A stretch of 64,000 bases of DNA from the human T2T-CHM13v2.0 reference genome, Homo sapiens, in NCBI RefSeq assembly GCF_009914755.1, contig NC_060926.1; one strand, 5' to 3'. The position numbers were made by a program, and so were the translations under genes. The stretch's first letter is position 1, and every line of letters starts with the position of its first letter. Positions 1 to 13,786 of the stretch are shown in pieces. Below the pieces are notes generated by a model. The model made no database searches. It was not told the origin of the DNA and saw only the letters and a program-made list of their open reading frames with translations.

Positions 1-232
1 AATGCCCAGAATAGGCAAATCTATAGAAGAAGAAGGTAAATTAGTGGTTGTCAGGGGCTAGGAAGGAAGAGGATGGGAAATGGCTGCAAACAGCGTGAGG
101 TGTTTTGGGTGGTGATGGAAACATTCTGCAGTGACATTGTGGTGATGGCTACACAACTCTATAGTAAAAGCCAACGAGTTGTTTACTTAAAGTGGGTGAA
201 CTTTATGCCATACAAATTATATCTCAATACAG
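1..232 (+). mobile_element. Old L1 (L1MB/L1MC-type) 3' end fragment
   Basis: Typical L1M 3'-end motifs: ataggcaaatctataga...attagtggttgtcagggg...ggtgatggaaacattctg...aaattatatctcaata. Confidence 0.75.
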
Positions 233-792
233 ATTTCTTTAAGTCTTCAAGAAGCCCTCTGGTAAAGAAATCAGCCTAACCCAGCCCTGAACTCATCTGA
301 CCACCAAAGCTTTTCCTCACATTGGCACCCTGAGAAACTGGTATTCTGAAGAACGCGCTTTAGGAAAAACTGCTTTAGACAACAGGAATTTGGTAAGAAG
401 AACTTTGTTTCTGTGAACACATATTTGCATGTCAGGGTACATCCTTTTGTATTTTATTTATATTTAGTGTGTCTATGTCTTGTCTTCTTGGTAGCTTTAC
501 AAGAATTTCGAGGAGAGAAAGTATGATTTTGTCTCTTTGAATTCCTACTTCTCACCACCCATAATGTGGTGCACACATAAATATCTGTAAATATGCAGTT
601 AGAACTTTGCATCACTAATGAGTTAATTAAACTATTCAACAAAGCCAAAAATACATATCATGGACCCTCGAGTGCCAGGCACAGTTTCGGGCACTGGGGA
701 TACAAAAATGAGGGAGCTTACGGTTTAGTCTGAGACCAGGCCAGGAGCCGCGCAGTAGAGGCACCTCTCCCTGGGGTGTCTGAAATCATTCC

Positions 793-1298
793 TGTGAACT
801 CTAAATACCTGAGACAGGGCTCAGTCAATTTAAGAAGTTTACTTTGCCAAAGTTAAGGATGCTCCTGTGACACAGCCTCAGGAGGTCCTGACGACATGCA
901 CCCAAGGAGGTCAGGGTACAGCTTGCTTTTACACATTTGAGGGAGACACGAGCCATCAATCAATATGTGTCACATGTACATTGGTTTGGTCTGGTAGGGT
1001 GGGACAACTCAAAGTTGGGGCTTCCAGGTCAGAAGTAGATAAGAGACAAAAGGTTTCATTATTTTGCATACTCGATCAACCTTCCACTGAATACACAATT
1101 TAGTCTGGCTCAGTGAATCTGCATTTTTACATCAACAATAGGGCAGAGGAAGCAATTAGATATGCATTTGTCTCAGGTGAGCCTCAGAGAGATGACTTTG
1201 AACAGAATGGGAAGTAGGTTTGCCCTAAGCAGTTCCAAGCTTGACTTGTCCCTTTAGCTTAGTGACTTTGAGGTCCCAAGATTTAGTTTCCTTTCACA
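793..1298 (-). mobile_element. MER4A-family solo LTR (ERV1)
   Basis: The reverse complement runs TGTGAAAGGAAAC..CTTGGGACC...GTTCACA like the MER4A consensus. It has TG...CA ends and a 4-bp TSD TTCC (789-792 / 1299-1302). Confidence 0.9.
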
Positions 1299-1876
1299 TT
1301 CCCAAAGCACATTTGTCATGTAGTAGAAATTATTGAACACCTTAATGGAGGCACCGTGTTTGAGATTCACTCCCTTGCTATTGAAAAGCAGACACAACCA
1401 ATTTCTTCTTCATTGTTGGAAAAGGTTGCTTTCCCTTTGGTTGGGCACCAGTGGAAGACTTGCACTGAACAGCTATTTTGGCCAAAACTATGTCTCTCAA
1501 AGGTGAGTCCCACTGGGGCAAATCCAGGTGCTCCTGGTCTGAGCAGCCTGTAGGAAGGACAGGCGCAGATAGAGCAAGGGATGCACCCTCCTCTACCCTC
1601 CACTCCGCATCCACCCTGTGGTATATCTAGGGTGGCACACAGAATGAATGGCACTGCCTAAATGACTTTTTCTTTATTTAAAAAATTTACTGCATTTGCT
1701 TAAGCATGTACGTGAGCTTGTCCTGTGACTCCCCAGTCCCGAAGCTCAGCTGAATATCTGAACACTGGGCTTTGAAAAAAAGAAAGTGACCCTGGAGACC
1801 AAAAGGACAGCTGGCTCATAGGAAAGCTGCTCATGGCAGGCAAAACTGGAGGGCAGAGAAACGCACTAACCTTGGT

Positions 1877-1985
1877 TGATACAGTTTAGATATTTGTTCC
1901 CTCCAAATCTCATATTGAAATGGGATCCCCAGTGTTGGAGGTGGGCCCTGGTGGGAGGTGTTTGGGTCATGGGGGAGGATCCCAC
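1877..1985 (+). mobile_element. MaLR (MST-type) LTR 5' fragment
   Basis: tgatacagtttagatatttgttccctccaaatctcatattgaa...ggaggtgtttgggtcatggggg. Confidence 0.75.
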
Positions 1986-3295
1986 ATTTGGGCATGAAAG
2001 TACAAATGCCTGTTCCCATTTAGGGCTGCGGGTTTCCAGACTTGAGGGTGGGGGCGTTTGCTGGGGAACTGCCCTCTTCCACCCAGTATTTCCTTGACTC
2101 TTGTCTGTATCACCAAGATAACACACTACAAATATGGGAAGGAGCTTGGAAAGAACCATGGGAAGAAACTTGATGTGATCACAGCACCCCCAGTGAGGGC
2201 AGGCGCTCAGCAGGGCAGCTGTCTCTGAGTTAGCAGCATCAGGAAGCCTCCCCTGGAAGACACTGGCTGCAGGACGAGGCTGCCAGCCTCCACCAGGGAC
2301 ATCTGGAAGCCACTCTTGCTGGCTTCTGTGGAGGCCAAGGGCAGCCTTCTTGGCAGGCTGCCAGCTCTCTGGAGGCTCTTGGGGCCCATCCTACCCTCAG
2401 GGGACCTGGCAGGAAGGTCAGCTGACTGCTCCTGGGTCACTCACGGATGCCCCCTTTTTATGCCCCAAAATGAATCTGAAGAGAAGAAATCCTAGCCTCT
2501 GCCAAGCGCTGTCGCCCAGCATTGCAGCCTGAACACATCCAAGGGGCCTGATGAGCAGCACCTGGTCCCCCACTGGCTCAGACGCTTGAAGCTACTGAAT
2601 TTACATGTAATTAAAGACTCGAGTGCAGACCGCATTTCAAAACAGACACTTGGTCAGAGATAGGAGGCCTTCCCCATCAGATGGTTTTGTTTTGCTTTGT
2701 CTCTGCATATGGGCCTTATAATTTGCCAAGGTAAGGTTACAGGGGCCACAGTTGTTTTGTTTGGAGATGAGAAAGCTCAAGAATGACCTAACTCTGTCTT
2801 CAAATATGCGGAGGCATTTATTACAAGGAGGGAATGGCTGGCTGTTTTCTTCTTAAACTGCAAGAAAAGGTGGCTCAGCTGAAATCCTGAAGACCTGCAC
2901 ACATGGCCGCCACACGCAGCCCTTCCCCAGAGCACCTTGCATGTAGGAAGCACTTCTTGCCCTAAAGCCTAGGACTGCCTGCCTTTGAGAAGGAAGCTTA
3001 GGCCTTGACCATGGTTGAGGAAGGAGGCCCCAGTATCTATTTTGGAGAAGTCTAGTAGGTTCTGCCTGGTGGCTGGCAGCCAGGACACTGACTTTATGGC
3101 AGAGGCTTCATTATTTTAAAAAATTAAGGATCCTCAGTGAGGGAGGCCTTATTCATGGCAGGGCCCTTTGTGTGGCTGATAGGTGGGGCATCAAAGCTCT
3201 GGCACAGACGTGGCTGAGCTGAACTCCTCTGAATCATAGAGGTGGGGAATATGGAAGCCTATAGCTATGAGAAAGTCCAGGAGGAGACAGGAGAA

Positions 3296-3452
3296 GCTTT
3301 TACCCGTCCAGAAGGAGGGGCAGCCGAAGGAAGGAGAGAGGGAAGAGGGTGGTCCAGTGCAGGCACAGAAGGTTCCAAACAGGCTGCACCTGCACTGGAC
3401 CACCCTCTTCCCTCCTTCTTTCAGCTGCCCCTCCTTCTGGACAGGTAAAAGC
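3296..3452. repeat. Inverted repeat / stem-loop with ~70-bp arms and a 15-bp spacer
   Basis: 3296-3368 is the reverse complement of 3384-3452, with 5 substitutions and one 4-nt indel. Confidence 0.95.
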
Positions 3453-4144
3453 ACTTCCGTCTTTTCAGTGTCATGGAGGGAGCCCGAGAAGAGCAAACAT
3501 TGACATCACCACCGCTGCCCACAGCAGTGACACCACGGGCACACTTTTAAAAGGGTCGTATCCTGGACCGGCACTTCCTCAACTCTCTCTGTCCTAAAGC
3601 CTCTGGAGAGCCCTTAAATTTGTGGTCCTTGAAGCTATTGTAAAGGTAAGATCTTTTTTCTCCCCAAGTCCTACTCATCCTGACTTTTCAAGTTTGTGGT
3701 GTCTCTGATAATCTCTGCTCCTGTTCTTTGAGACCATCCCCGTCACTCTCCACTCTCCCACGTGACACCTGTAAAGTCTCTTCCAGGGATCTGGGGCTGC
3801 ATTCCAGGGTCTCTTTGCTCTGAGCTCTCTGAGGCCTCAGGCTGTCATAATAAATCAAATGGCAGGGATCTTCTCCAACATCATCCTTCTTCCTTCTGCT
3901 TTCCTACGAGGGTGGCAGGTTCAACGTGTCTGTAGAGGCCTCGCTGTGTGAGGGTCTGAAGGGAATTTCCAATTTGATGCAGGGGAAGGAAGGGAGAGAG
4001 AGACTAAAAATTGGTTGATGGCCACCATGTGCCAGGTGCTCCCAATACAGTCTCAAACTCATGACATCTCCCAGCCAATGGATTCACCCCCTTTACCAGT
4101 TCCACCTGGAGCTCCATCTCCCAGACAAGCAAAGGCCATGTTGG

Positions 4145-4345
4145 GGGGCTTTGGAGTCAGCTGCCTGCCATTTCATCTCAGGTGTTACCGTGGGAAAGTT
4201 GTTTAACCTCTTTGAGCCTCAGTTCCCTCACATGTAAAATGGACCTACGAGTTTCTCACACAGGGTTGCCCTGGGGCCAGGATTGCCAGATAAAATATAG
4301 GATGCCTGGTATAAAAGTTGCATGGGACAGACTTATACTAAATAT
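4145..4345 (+). mobile_element. MIR fragment followed by a MER33/MER3-like DNA-transposon fragment
   Basis: MIR core tttaacctctttgagcctcagttccctcacatgtaaaatgg, then caggattgccagataaaatataggatgcc...catgggacagacttatactaaa. Confidence 0.55.
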
Positions 4346-4676
4346 GCTCCCCAAATTGTTATAGCTCTAAAATATTATGGCTCCAAATCAAATGTCTGAA
4401 CTCTATGAGACAGAGCAAAAAGCACGAACACAAAGAAGTAACAGGGTCAAGAGAAAAGAGCATGCACTTGGAGGGCAGACATCCAGGAACACCATCTCTG
4501 CTCTGTGTCAAGCCAGGCTGTCACTTTAACTGATAATTAAATGCTTCTGTGCCTCGCTGACTCCTCTGTGCCATAGGGACCTAAAGAAAGGCCCTACCTC
4601 CCTCACACGGCACAGCTAAGTACTTTGAAAACATTAAAAGCATGAAAACAGTATGTTTTACTCTCTATCTGGGATG

Positions 4677-5035
<359 letters not shown>

Positions 5036-6038
5036 TCATCTCTCCCTCCTGCACCAAAAAGCAAACTCATCCATCTAAGAGCACTCAAGACTGAAGGAAA
5101 CCTTTACAGAAAAATCTAGCCTGTTCCTTCTAATCAGCAGGACTGCACTGAAACCGTCATGGAGATTGGCATCCTTTTCTCTTTCTGAAGACCTCTGGGG
5201 AGGCAGATTCTACAAACAGCCTTGGCAGCTGATGTGCTAGCACAGTGTAGGATAACTTATAAATACAGTCAGAGCCAAGGAGGGCCTCCAGAATGCAGCC
5301 CAGCATGGTGTGCACTCGTGGAGCCCTGACATACAGCTAAGGAACATTCTGAAAACTCAAGCCATCCCTCTCATCACTCCTCTTCCTTTTAATTGCAATT
5401 GACCCTTCAGAAATCAAGTAAATTAAGGGGGAGGGGAAAGAAGAATTTGTGCTAGTAAGACAGATTCCGAAGAATGTAAAATGAAATAATACCAAACACA
5501 CAGAAATAGAATACTTTAGGCAGAAAGAAAGGGATGAAGAGGTAGAGGGAAGCATTTTTCCTCCCAGTACATAGTAGGTCCTCAATAAACATTTGTTAAA
5601 TGAATGCATTCTTAGGAAGGACAATCTGCTCATCCATATGAATGAGAAATGTTTTGCTGATACACTATTTGGAAGTGACTGTACTACAGCTGATTTAATG
5701 GTAAAGCCATCAAGTCTGCATTTCATCCTTCTACCTGGGTACTGGCTCCAAGAATCTGTTCTCTATCAACACATCAAGACCCTTGACTTAGAGAGCCTCA
5801 TATACACAGCAGGAATAAAAGGAGAGGAGAAATAGAGAATGAAACTCAGCCTAACCTTCCTCATCTAGCCCTTTTCTAATTCATCCGGTACCTTTTCTAA
5901 TTCTTCGCAAAGATACTGCGTAAGTTTTCAGAAGCTTTAGCTGGGCCACACCTCCAGGCTTCCAGGATTTGAAGAATTATGTCAATATAGAAACCAGTTT
6001 CTGGACAGCGAATAGCAAATCCAAAATCACTCTAAATT

Positions 6039-6263
6039 GGTGATTGTCAACCAGGATGGTTTTGCTCCTAGGGGACATTTGGCACCACCTAGAGACATAT
6101 TTTTAAATGGTCACAACTAGCAGTTCTTATTGGCATTTAGTGGGTAGGGGCCAGGGATACTGCCAAAGTGCCTGTAATACACAGGACAGTGGCCCACAAC
6201 AGAGAATTATCTCAATATCTCAGCAAGGAATTATGTCAACAAAGCCACAATTGAGAAGCACTG
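6039..6263 (+). mobile_element. MER20 (hAT-Charlie) element
   Basis: ggggacatttggca...ggcatttagtgggtaggggccagggat...acaacagagaattatc...ttgagaagcactg. Confidence 0.8.
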
Positions 6264-7202
6264 TGCTAGATTCAAATCTCTTCTACCGTGTCTTCTCAGA
6301 CCAAAGTCTTACCCGTGACAACTTATAGTAACCTCTCTGCTTTGGTGTCCACACCTTAATCTACCAAGTCAACAGATATGTACCAAATGCCTATAGCTCT
6401 CTACCAGGCATGCAAGCAAGGAAAAAGCAGCAACTTTCCTCAAAATAAAACCACAGAAGTTAGTCAGAAAAGAAAGCGCAAAACAGTGGGTACCTTCTCA
6501 AGGAAATAAACCAAACAAAAAATCCAGACAGTAGCCAAGCACAGAAATGCATATAGTGTTTTCATCATTTCTGAGGAAATGAGTTAGAATATGGATGGCT
6601 CAGGCCTCCCGGGTTCAATCTGAAGTCTTTTTTTTTTTTTTCTTTTCTTAAGGAAGCTAATAGACAAGAAATTGAGAAAGAATGAGTGGAGGCCGTTTGG
6701 TTTAGTATGTTCTCTGGAACACTGTTGCGTTTCCCCCGTAGAAAGAGTTTACAAATGGTAGTTCAGTTCCAGGTCAGCCCAGAAGAGCTTACTGGACAAT
6801 AGTCCAGCTGAGGTGCCAAAACCACAGGAGTCCGGGGATACACAAGCCCTGAGTTTTCTTGGAAGAAAGAAGGACAAAGGGATTATCTGTTTCTTTTCTC
6901 CTTAGACTCCCTAAGTCCCCTTCTCTACACCACCTCTCTCAGAGGTAAGAGTAATCCTAGAAAACCTTCAACTAGTTTTTTTGTTTTAATTTATAAGTAA
7001 AGTACATACAAATTAAAAATGTGCTCCTGGAAAAAAAAAAATCCCATCTCAGACCCATATCCTCAGGCTCTTTTCAAAGAGACAAAGTCACTGTTTATTA
7101 CATTTCTTCCAGAAATACTCTCTGCATATACTCAAACGTATGCATGCATATATCACCTTTCAAATTATAGGCAGAAATGGAAGCATGCAGTCTGTTGTGT
7201 AC

Positions 7203-9292
7203 TTTTTTTTCAACTATTTTAAGTTCAGAGGTACACGTGCGGAATGTGCAGGTTTGTTACATAGGTAAACGTGTGTCATAGTGGTTTGCTGTATAGATCA
7301 ACCCATTACCTAGGTATTAAGCCCAGCATCTATTAGCTGTTTTTCCTGATGCTCTCCCTTCCCCCACCCCCGTGAAGGCACCAGTGTGTGTTGTTTCCCG
7401 CCCATATGTCCTTGTGTTCTCATCGTTCAGCTCCCACTTATACATGAGAACATGAGGTATTTGGTTTTCTGTTCCTGAATTAGTTTGCTGTGGATAATGG
7501 CTTCCAGCTCCCACCACGTCCCTGCAAAGGTCATGATCTTGTTCCTTTTTATGGCTGCATAGTATTCCATGGGGCATATGTAACACATTTTCTTTATCCA
7601 GTCTATTATTGATGGGCATTTGGGTTGATTCCATGTCCTTGCTATTAGGAATAGTGCTGCAATGAACATACGCGTTCATGTATCTTTATAATAGAATGAT
7701 TTATATTGCTTTGGGTATATACCTAGTAATGGAATTGCTGGGTTAAATGATATTTCTGCTTCTAGATCTTTGAGGAATGGCCATACTGTCTTCCATAATG
7801 GTTGAACTAATTTGCACTCCCACCAACACGTATAAAAGCATTCCTTTTTCATTGCAACCTCTCCAGCATCTGTTGTTTCTGGACGTTTTAATAATTGCCA
7901 TTCTGACTTGGCATGAGATGGTATCTCATTGTGGTTTTTAATTTGCATTTCTCAAATGATCAGTGACGTTGAGCTTTTCTTCATATGTTCGTTGGCTGCA
8001 TAAATGTCTTCTTTTGAGAAGTATCCATTCATGTCGTTTGCCCATTTTTAATATTTTTTTCCTTGTAAATTGGTTTAGGTTCCTTGTAGACCCTGGAAAT
8101 TACACCTTCGTCAGGTGGAAAGATTGCAAAATTTTTTCCCCATTCTGTAGGTTGTCTGTTCACTCTGATGATAGTTTGTATTGCTGTGCAGAAGCTCTTA
8201 AGTTTAATTAGATCCCATTTGTCAGTTTTTGCTTTTGTTGCAATTGTTTTTGGTATTTTTGTCATGAAATCTTTGCCCATGCCTATGTCCTAAATGGAAT
8301 TGCCTAGATTTTCTTCTAGGGTTTTCACAGTTTTGGGTTTTACATTTCAGTCTTTAATTCATCTGGAGTTGATTTTTGTATAAGGTGTAAGGAAGGGGGT
8401 TACAATTTCCCACATATAGCTAGCCAGTTCTCCCAGCACCATTTATTAAATAGGGAGTCCTTTCCCCATTGCTTGTTTTTGTCAGGATTGTTGAAGATCA
8501 GATGGTTGTAGGTGTGTGGTCTTATTTCTGAGTTCTCTATTTTGTTCCATTGGTCTATGTGTTTGTTTTTATACTAATACCATGCTGTTTTGGTCACTGT
8601 GGCTCTGTAGTATAGTTTGGAGCTGGGTAGCATGATGCCTCCAGCTTTGTTGCTTCTGTTAGGATTGTCTTCGCTATTCGGGCTATTTTGTTTTGTTTTG
8701 TTTTGTTTTTTGGTTCTGTATGAATTTTAAAATAGTCTTTTCTAATTCTTTGAAGAATGTCAATGGTAGTTTAATGGGAACAGCATTGAATCTATAAATT
8801 ACTTTGTGCAGTATGGTCATTTTCATGATATTGATTCTTCTTATCTATGAGCATAAAATGTTTTTCCATTTGTTTGTTTCCTCTCTGATTTCCTTGAGCA
8901 GTGGTTTGTAGTTCTCCTTACGGAGGTCCTTCACTTCCCTTGTTATCTGTATTCCTAGGTATTTTATTCTTTTTGTGTCAATTGTGAATGGGACTTCATT
9001 TATGGTTTGGCTCTCTGCTTGCCTGTTGTTGGTATAAAGGAATGCTAGAGATTTTTGTGCATTGATTTTGTAAGTTGAGACTTTGCTGAAGTTGCTTATC
9101 AGCTTAAGAAGCTTTTGGGCTGAGATGATGGGGTTTTCTAAATATAGGACATGTCATCTGCAAACAGGGATAGTTTGCCTTCCTCTCTTCCTATTTGAAT
9201 ACTCTTTATTTCTTTCTCTTGCCTGATTGTCCTGGCCAGAATTTCCAATACTATGTTGAATAGGAGTGGTGAGAGAAGGCATCCTTGTCTTG
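7203..9292 (-). mobile_element. 5'-truncated L1PA (older, about PA10-PA16), 3' UTR plus ORF2 C-terminus
   Basis: T-rich tail at 7203 and 3'UTR with gtttgttacataggtaaac. Broken ORF2 peptides such as [19 protein letters not shown] and WWECKLVQPLWKTVW. Confidence 0.92.
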
Positions 9293-10155
9293 GTACACTT
9301 TCTTTTTACCCATAAATCTACCTTACTTCTTTAACGGCTGCAGAATATCCCATGCTATGAATGTACCATTGGTATCAACATTAGGACAGTGACTAGGAAT
9401 ATTTTGAAAAACCAAAAGTTCATCTTTCTCCTCTTACTTACTACCTCTTGTCCCTACCCTTGTCCTCCATATAGAGCTGCCTTGAACCCTTCACCTTATC
9501 TCTCTTGACTGGTTTTACTCTATCCCCTTTCCCAAAGGAGTCATCCCCCAAAAGCATGGACTTTCTGACTCCAACCCAAAACTCACCTTCTTTCAGAGTG
9601 GCTGGCCTGACTTATTTTATTCCAAAAGAAAGTAATTTGATTCTAACTAATTATTATATGAATTACCACCAACTCCTTAACCCTCACATTTAGAAAGGAG
9701 ATGTTAACTAAGTTGAACTCATCATTGGAATTCCAGAGAGCAACAACTGATTTAAAAAAAAAAACAAAAAAACAGAAGCTGTCAAGAGCATACAATTATG
9801 GGTTGGGATCAGCCATATTGGCTATTATCTCATGTCAGAAAATCTAGGCACAGAGAGCTTCCTCTAACTGATGATATTCTGGGCAATTTCTTCATTTCTT
9901 CTAGCTAAAAGTCCAATTACTTTTCAAAAGCTCTAAGGTTTTCCACAATACTCTTAGTAAGGGGCCTGGAAAGAGCAGGCCAGCTGTCTATAGGTATAGG
10001 CCATTCATAAATGGGTATCCGTAACATATGGACCCACCGTTCTGAGACTGGCCACGAGTCAATTGAGAAAGAGTATGCCATCACTTGCAGATGCCCACAG
10101 GAGAACTTGGACATACAGAAGAGGGATAACTGAGTTGAGACTGGAGTTGTGCAGA

Positions 10156-10159
<4 letters not shown>

Positions 10160-10198
<39 letters not shown>

Positions 10199-10200
10199 TA
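10160..10200. repeat. (TG)n microsatellite
   Basis: Direct reading. Confidence 0.95.
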
Positions 10201-10289
10201 ACTACATAATATATTAATATACGTACAGACATAATTTTAAAAGAGCACAAATGGAAACACATACATAACACAAATGCAGTTACATTAAG

Positions 10290-12247
10290 AGTGGGGGCCA
10301 GAGGGTCCTTTTATCACCTACTGTCAGTGAAGGGATCCAAAATGGTCACAAGAGTCTTCTCCTGCCAGTTTCCAGGCCCTATCCTGACGGCAAACACCAG
10401 GACGGTGTCTTTAATCAGAGCTGGCCCAAGGCCCATCACCCTGTAATGTGAAAGCTGTCTACTTTAGCCAAACTTTTCGATCAGGACAGGTACTCTTCTT
10501 TTGAAAATCCAAGGCGGAGAGGAAAAACGGCTAGGTCTGAACCCTCAGGATGTGCCAGGGCAGTACAAGTGTGGATGGCATCAGATGGTAGGGGGCAGAG
10601 AGAGTACCAGGCCAGGGCGGAACTGCACTGAGGGCCATTAGGGCCTTTTGGGGGCCAGGTAAGTGGCCTCAGATGGTGACAGCTACATGGTCCTGGGTAA
10701 GTCTGTTCTGGTTGGTTTCATTTGGATCTGGAGGGTCCTACAGGGCAGCCCTGAAGAACATCAAACTGGAGGCACACAGAGTACCAGGCTCCAGGGTCTT
10801 TGCCATAAACATAAGAAGCAGGGAAAACAAGAGGCTGACTTTGACAAACTCTTGTGCACTCAAATGTAAAGGGCAGGAGAAGAAAACCAGGTCAGTGGGA
10901 GACAGTTGAACCCTGCCACCCCCGGTGGATGGATGATGCCTGTCACCTAAATAGGGCCTAGCTTGTGGGGTGAGGCCAGTCACCATGGTGGATGTGAATG
11001 GCCCATGTGCAATCTGGAGGCTACAGAGAGAGAGCCCTAGGCACAAGTTTCTCAAACAACAGAAGAAGAAATGACCTGGCATGTGAAGTCCGATGTATAG
11101 ATGCCACTATCCAAGCACCTATTCTTACTGTAACCTTAAGCTATTATAAAAGCATCAGCCATCTTGCCTTTGAGTTCTTATATTTTGTATGCCTCATATA
11201 CATTAATAAATCTGCCTGCCTCTCCTTGTATTCATCTGCCTTTTGTGGGTTGATTTTCAGCATCATTTCACAGGGTGAAGTGGAAGTTGGCTCTTGGCCC
11301 ATGCAACACATCTATTCATAAAGAAATATAGATATATTTAATTACATATATGTATTTATACATATATAAACAACTATATGTACATATAAAACAAACATAA
11401 ATCACAAACACAAACAAACACACTGATGTAAATGCATTTATGCAGGGGCCACTAGGCCCTCTTGCCACCTGCTGACAGGGAAGGGAAATGCGAAAGCTAC
11501 AGGAGTCTTTCTCTGCCATATCCACGTGACCTTACAGTGATGGCAAACACTGGCCCAGCATGTTTTAACCAGACCCAGCCCAGGTGCCACCACCCTCCAG
11601 TGCGAAAGCTGTCCACATCCCTAGAATCTGGCAATCAGGATAGGTGCTCTCCTTCTGAAGACCTTAAGTAAGCACATGCGTGGAGTTCCGGTTCAAGTGG
11701 GTAGAGAAGAGGCTCTCCCCAGAGAGAAAGAAAGGTGAGGTCTGAGACTTCAGGACGTGCTGTGGGACAGTGTAAATATGGCTGAAGTAAGATGGCCAGA
11801 TGCTGGAAGGACAGCGAGGCTGGGGAAGGCCTGCACTGAGGACCATTTATAACTTTCAGGAACCAGGAAAATGGCCTCAGACAATGAAGCCACCCAGTCC
11901 TGAGTAAGCCTGTTCTGGCCTTTTCATCTGGATCTACAGAACCCTACAGGGCAGGCCTAAGGAACACGTAAGTGTCAAGGAGCTGTTTGGGGAGCTAAGT
12001 CTATGAGGCTTCTTCCATCTGTATAAAACATATAGAAAACAGGGTTCTGGCCTTCTACACTCCAAAATAGGTGGCAGGTGAGGAAGAACAAGCCAGAGTA
12101 AGTCTTTTTCACACTGCCACCCAGGTGGACAGATAATGCCTGTCACCAAACTAAACCCTGGCTTGTGCTGTGATGTGGGGCTATTGTGGCAGATGTGAAT
12201 GGTGCGTACACAAGCTGGGAAGCTACAGAGAGCCTTGAGGCCCCAAG
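10290..12247. repeat. Ancient diverged tandem duplication: two copies at about 10290-11045 and 11442-12247
   Basis: Colinear shared blocks at an offset of 1,150-1,210 bp, e.g. ggcaaacac, gaaagctgtc, gtaag.ctgttctgg, cctacagggcag, ctgccaccc..ggtgga, atgcctgtcacc, gatgtgaatgg, gctacagagag. Confidence 0.8.
11100..11310 (+). mobile_element. ERV1 LTR 3' fragment (MER34/MER39-like)
   Basis: TATAAAA, AATAAA, then ctgccttttgt..gttgattttcag...cttggcccc..aca, resembling MER34/39 ends. Confidence 0.55.
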
Positions 12248-13786
12248 CTGGGCATCTGGCCTTGGTCAGAAGCATTGCTAGCTTCTCAGCTGGGCTCTGC
12301 ATTCAAAGGCTAGGCTGAGGAGTGTGTGGCCCTAGAAAAAGCCCTGTGTTTTCTGCTCTTAAAATCTCATGGAAGTAGAGACCAGATAGGACTTGAATGG
12401 AAGGCCACCCGATATTACCTGGTTCCATAGGCTTTTGTCATCCCCATTCTCCCCAGTACAGCCAGCCAACTCTCTCTGCTGTATCCTAGAGCACCAGGAG
12501 GCTAATAATCAGTGCTGGAGTGGGACACAGAGGATAAAACCAAGTCTCAGAGGTAAGTGGCTAGGCAGGCAGTGGCTCTTCTGCCTCATTCCCTCTGCAT
12601 GAACATTGTGGGGAGGTGGTCTGGGTGATAGCCACCCTTTGGAATCTCCCTCCTCCTCACTGAGGAATAGCAAGACCCTGACATCTGTGAGGACCCTACC
12701 AACATGGCCTCTGTGAGCAGTCACTCAGCAACCCACCACCTCTGCTCTGGATCTTTGGTACAAATTTTGATGATTTCTGGGGGTGCTGTAGGGCCATCAC
12801 GTGCCTTCACAGTAAATGTGCAGGAACCAGGTTTTTTTTTGGCAGGAAGAGAAGTATTAATAGCAAGAACTCCTCAGCAGCAAAGCCTCATCAAGAAAGA
12901 ATGAGTTGTGCTCAGGTGTTCCCTTCAAAAGTGCTTCCTCGCTGCTGCTTCTGCACCTCACTTGAGTGGCGAGAATCTTCTGTGAGGCAAGCCTCAGTCC
13001 TGTCTGCGTGGACACTCACCACCCAGCTGTCTCCATCAGAAAGTCTGGCCCAGGCCCTTTCCTGGGAACCAGAGACCCCTCTGCTCTTCTCCTCCAGACC
13101 CTGTGGAATAGCGGGGAAGAGGGGAAGGTGGAACATGAACTCTCTTCCTGCTCCTCCAGGATGCCAAGCCAGCTTCCGCTGCTTTTACCAACCTCACACT
13201 CCACCCCCTTCCTCTCCTTTATAAGCCCCTGGGGCCCTTCAAGAAACAAAACAAAACATTTTTTAAAATGTGCAGGTCCATTTTACTTCCACCCTGCCAT
13301 GTCGCTTCCCTGAAGTAACACTGCATAAGTTCTTCCATCGGCTTGTTGGGGAGGAAGTTTCATCTGCTTGTGGAAAAGACAAGACAAACAAGGGATACCA
13401 TTTAATATTTTAAAGACATACTATTTAAGGAAACCTATCATAAAGACACCGATTTACAAAGCCCACTATTTTGGTATAAATTTGTCAACCTAAAATAATC
13501 AAAGGACAAGAATCCCATTTTGAAGAGTTTATACCAGTGAAATGCTAGGAATGGCTTCTTAGCCTGTAAAGTGTAAGAGTGGAAGAAATAGTGCACTGAA
13601 TTGAGTTCATCATCTCAGTTCGTCATTGGAAATCGCCTCTCATTTTTCTCTATTTTCCACCGTTTTTTACCTCACTTGAATTTTCTAATTTTTCCACATA
13701 GGTTTTTACTGTCATGTGCTTGATATATGGCCCTGGAGATGTCTTTGAAAGTTACATAACGCTGTGCTTTCTGTGCGCATCTTTTA

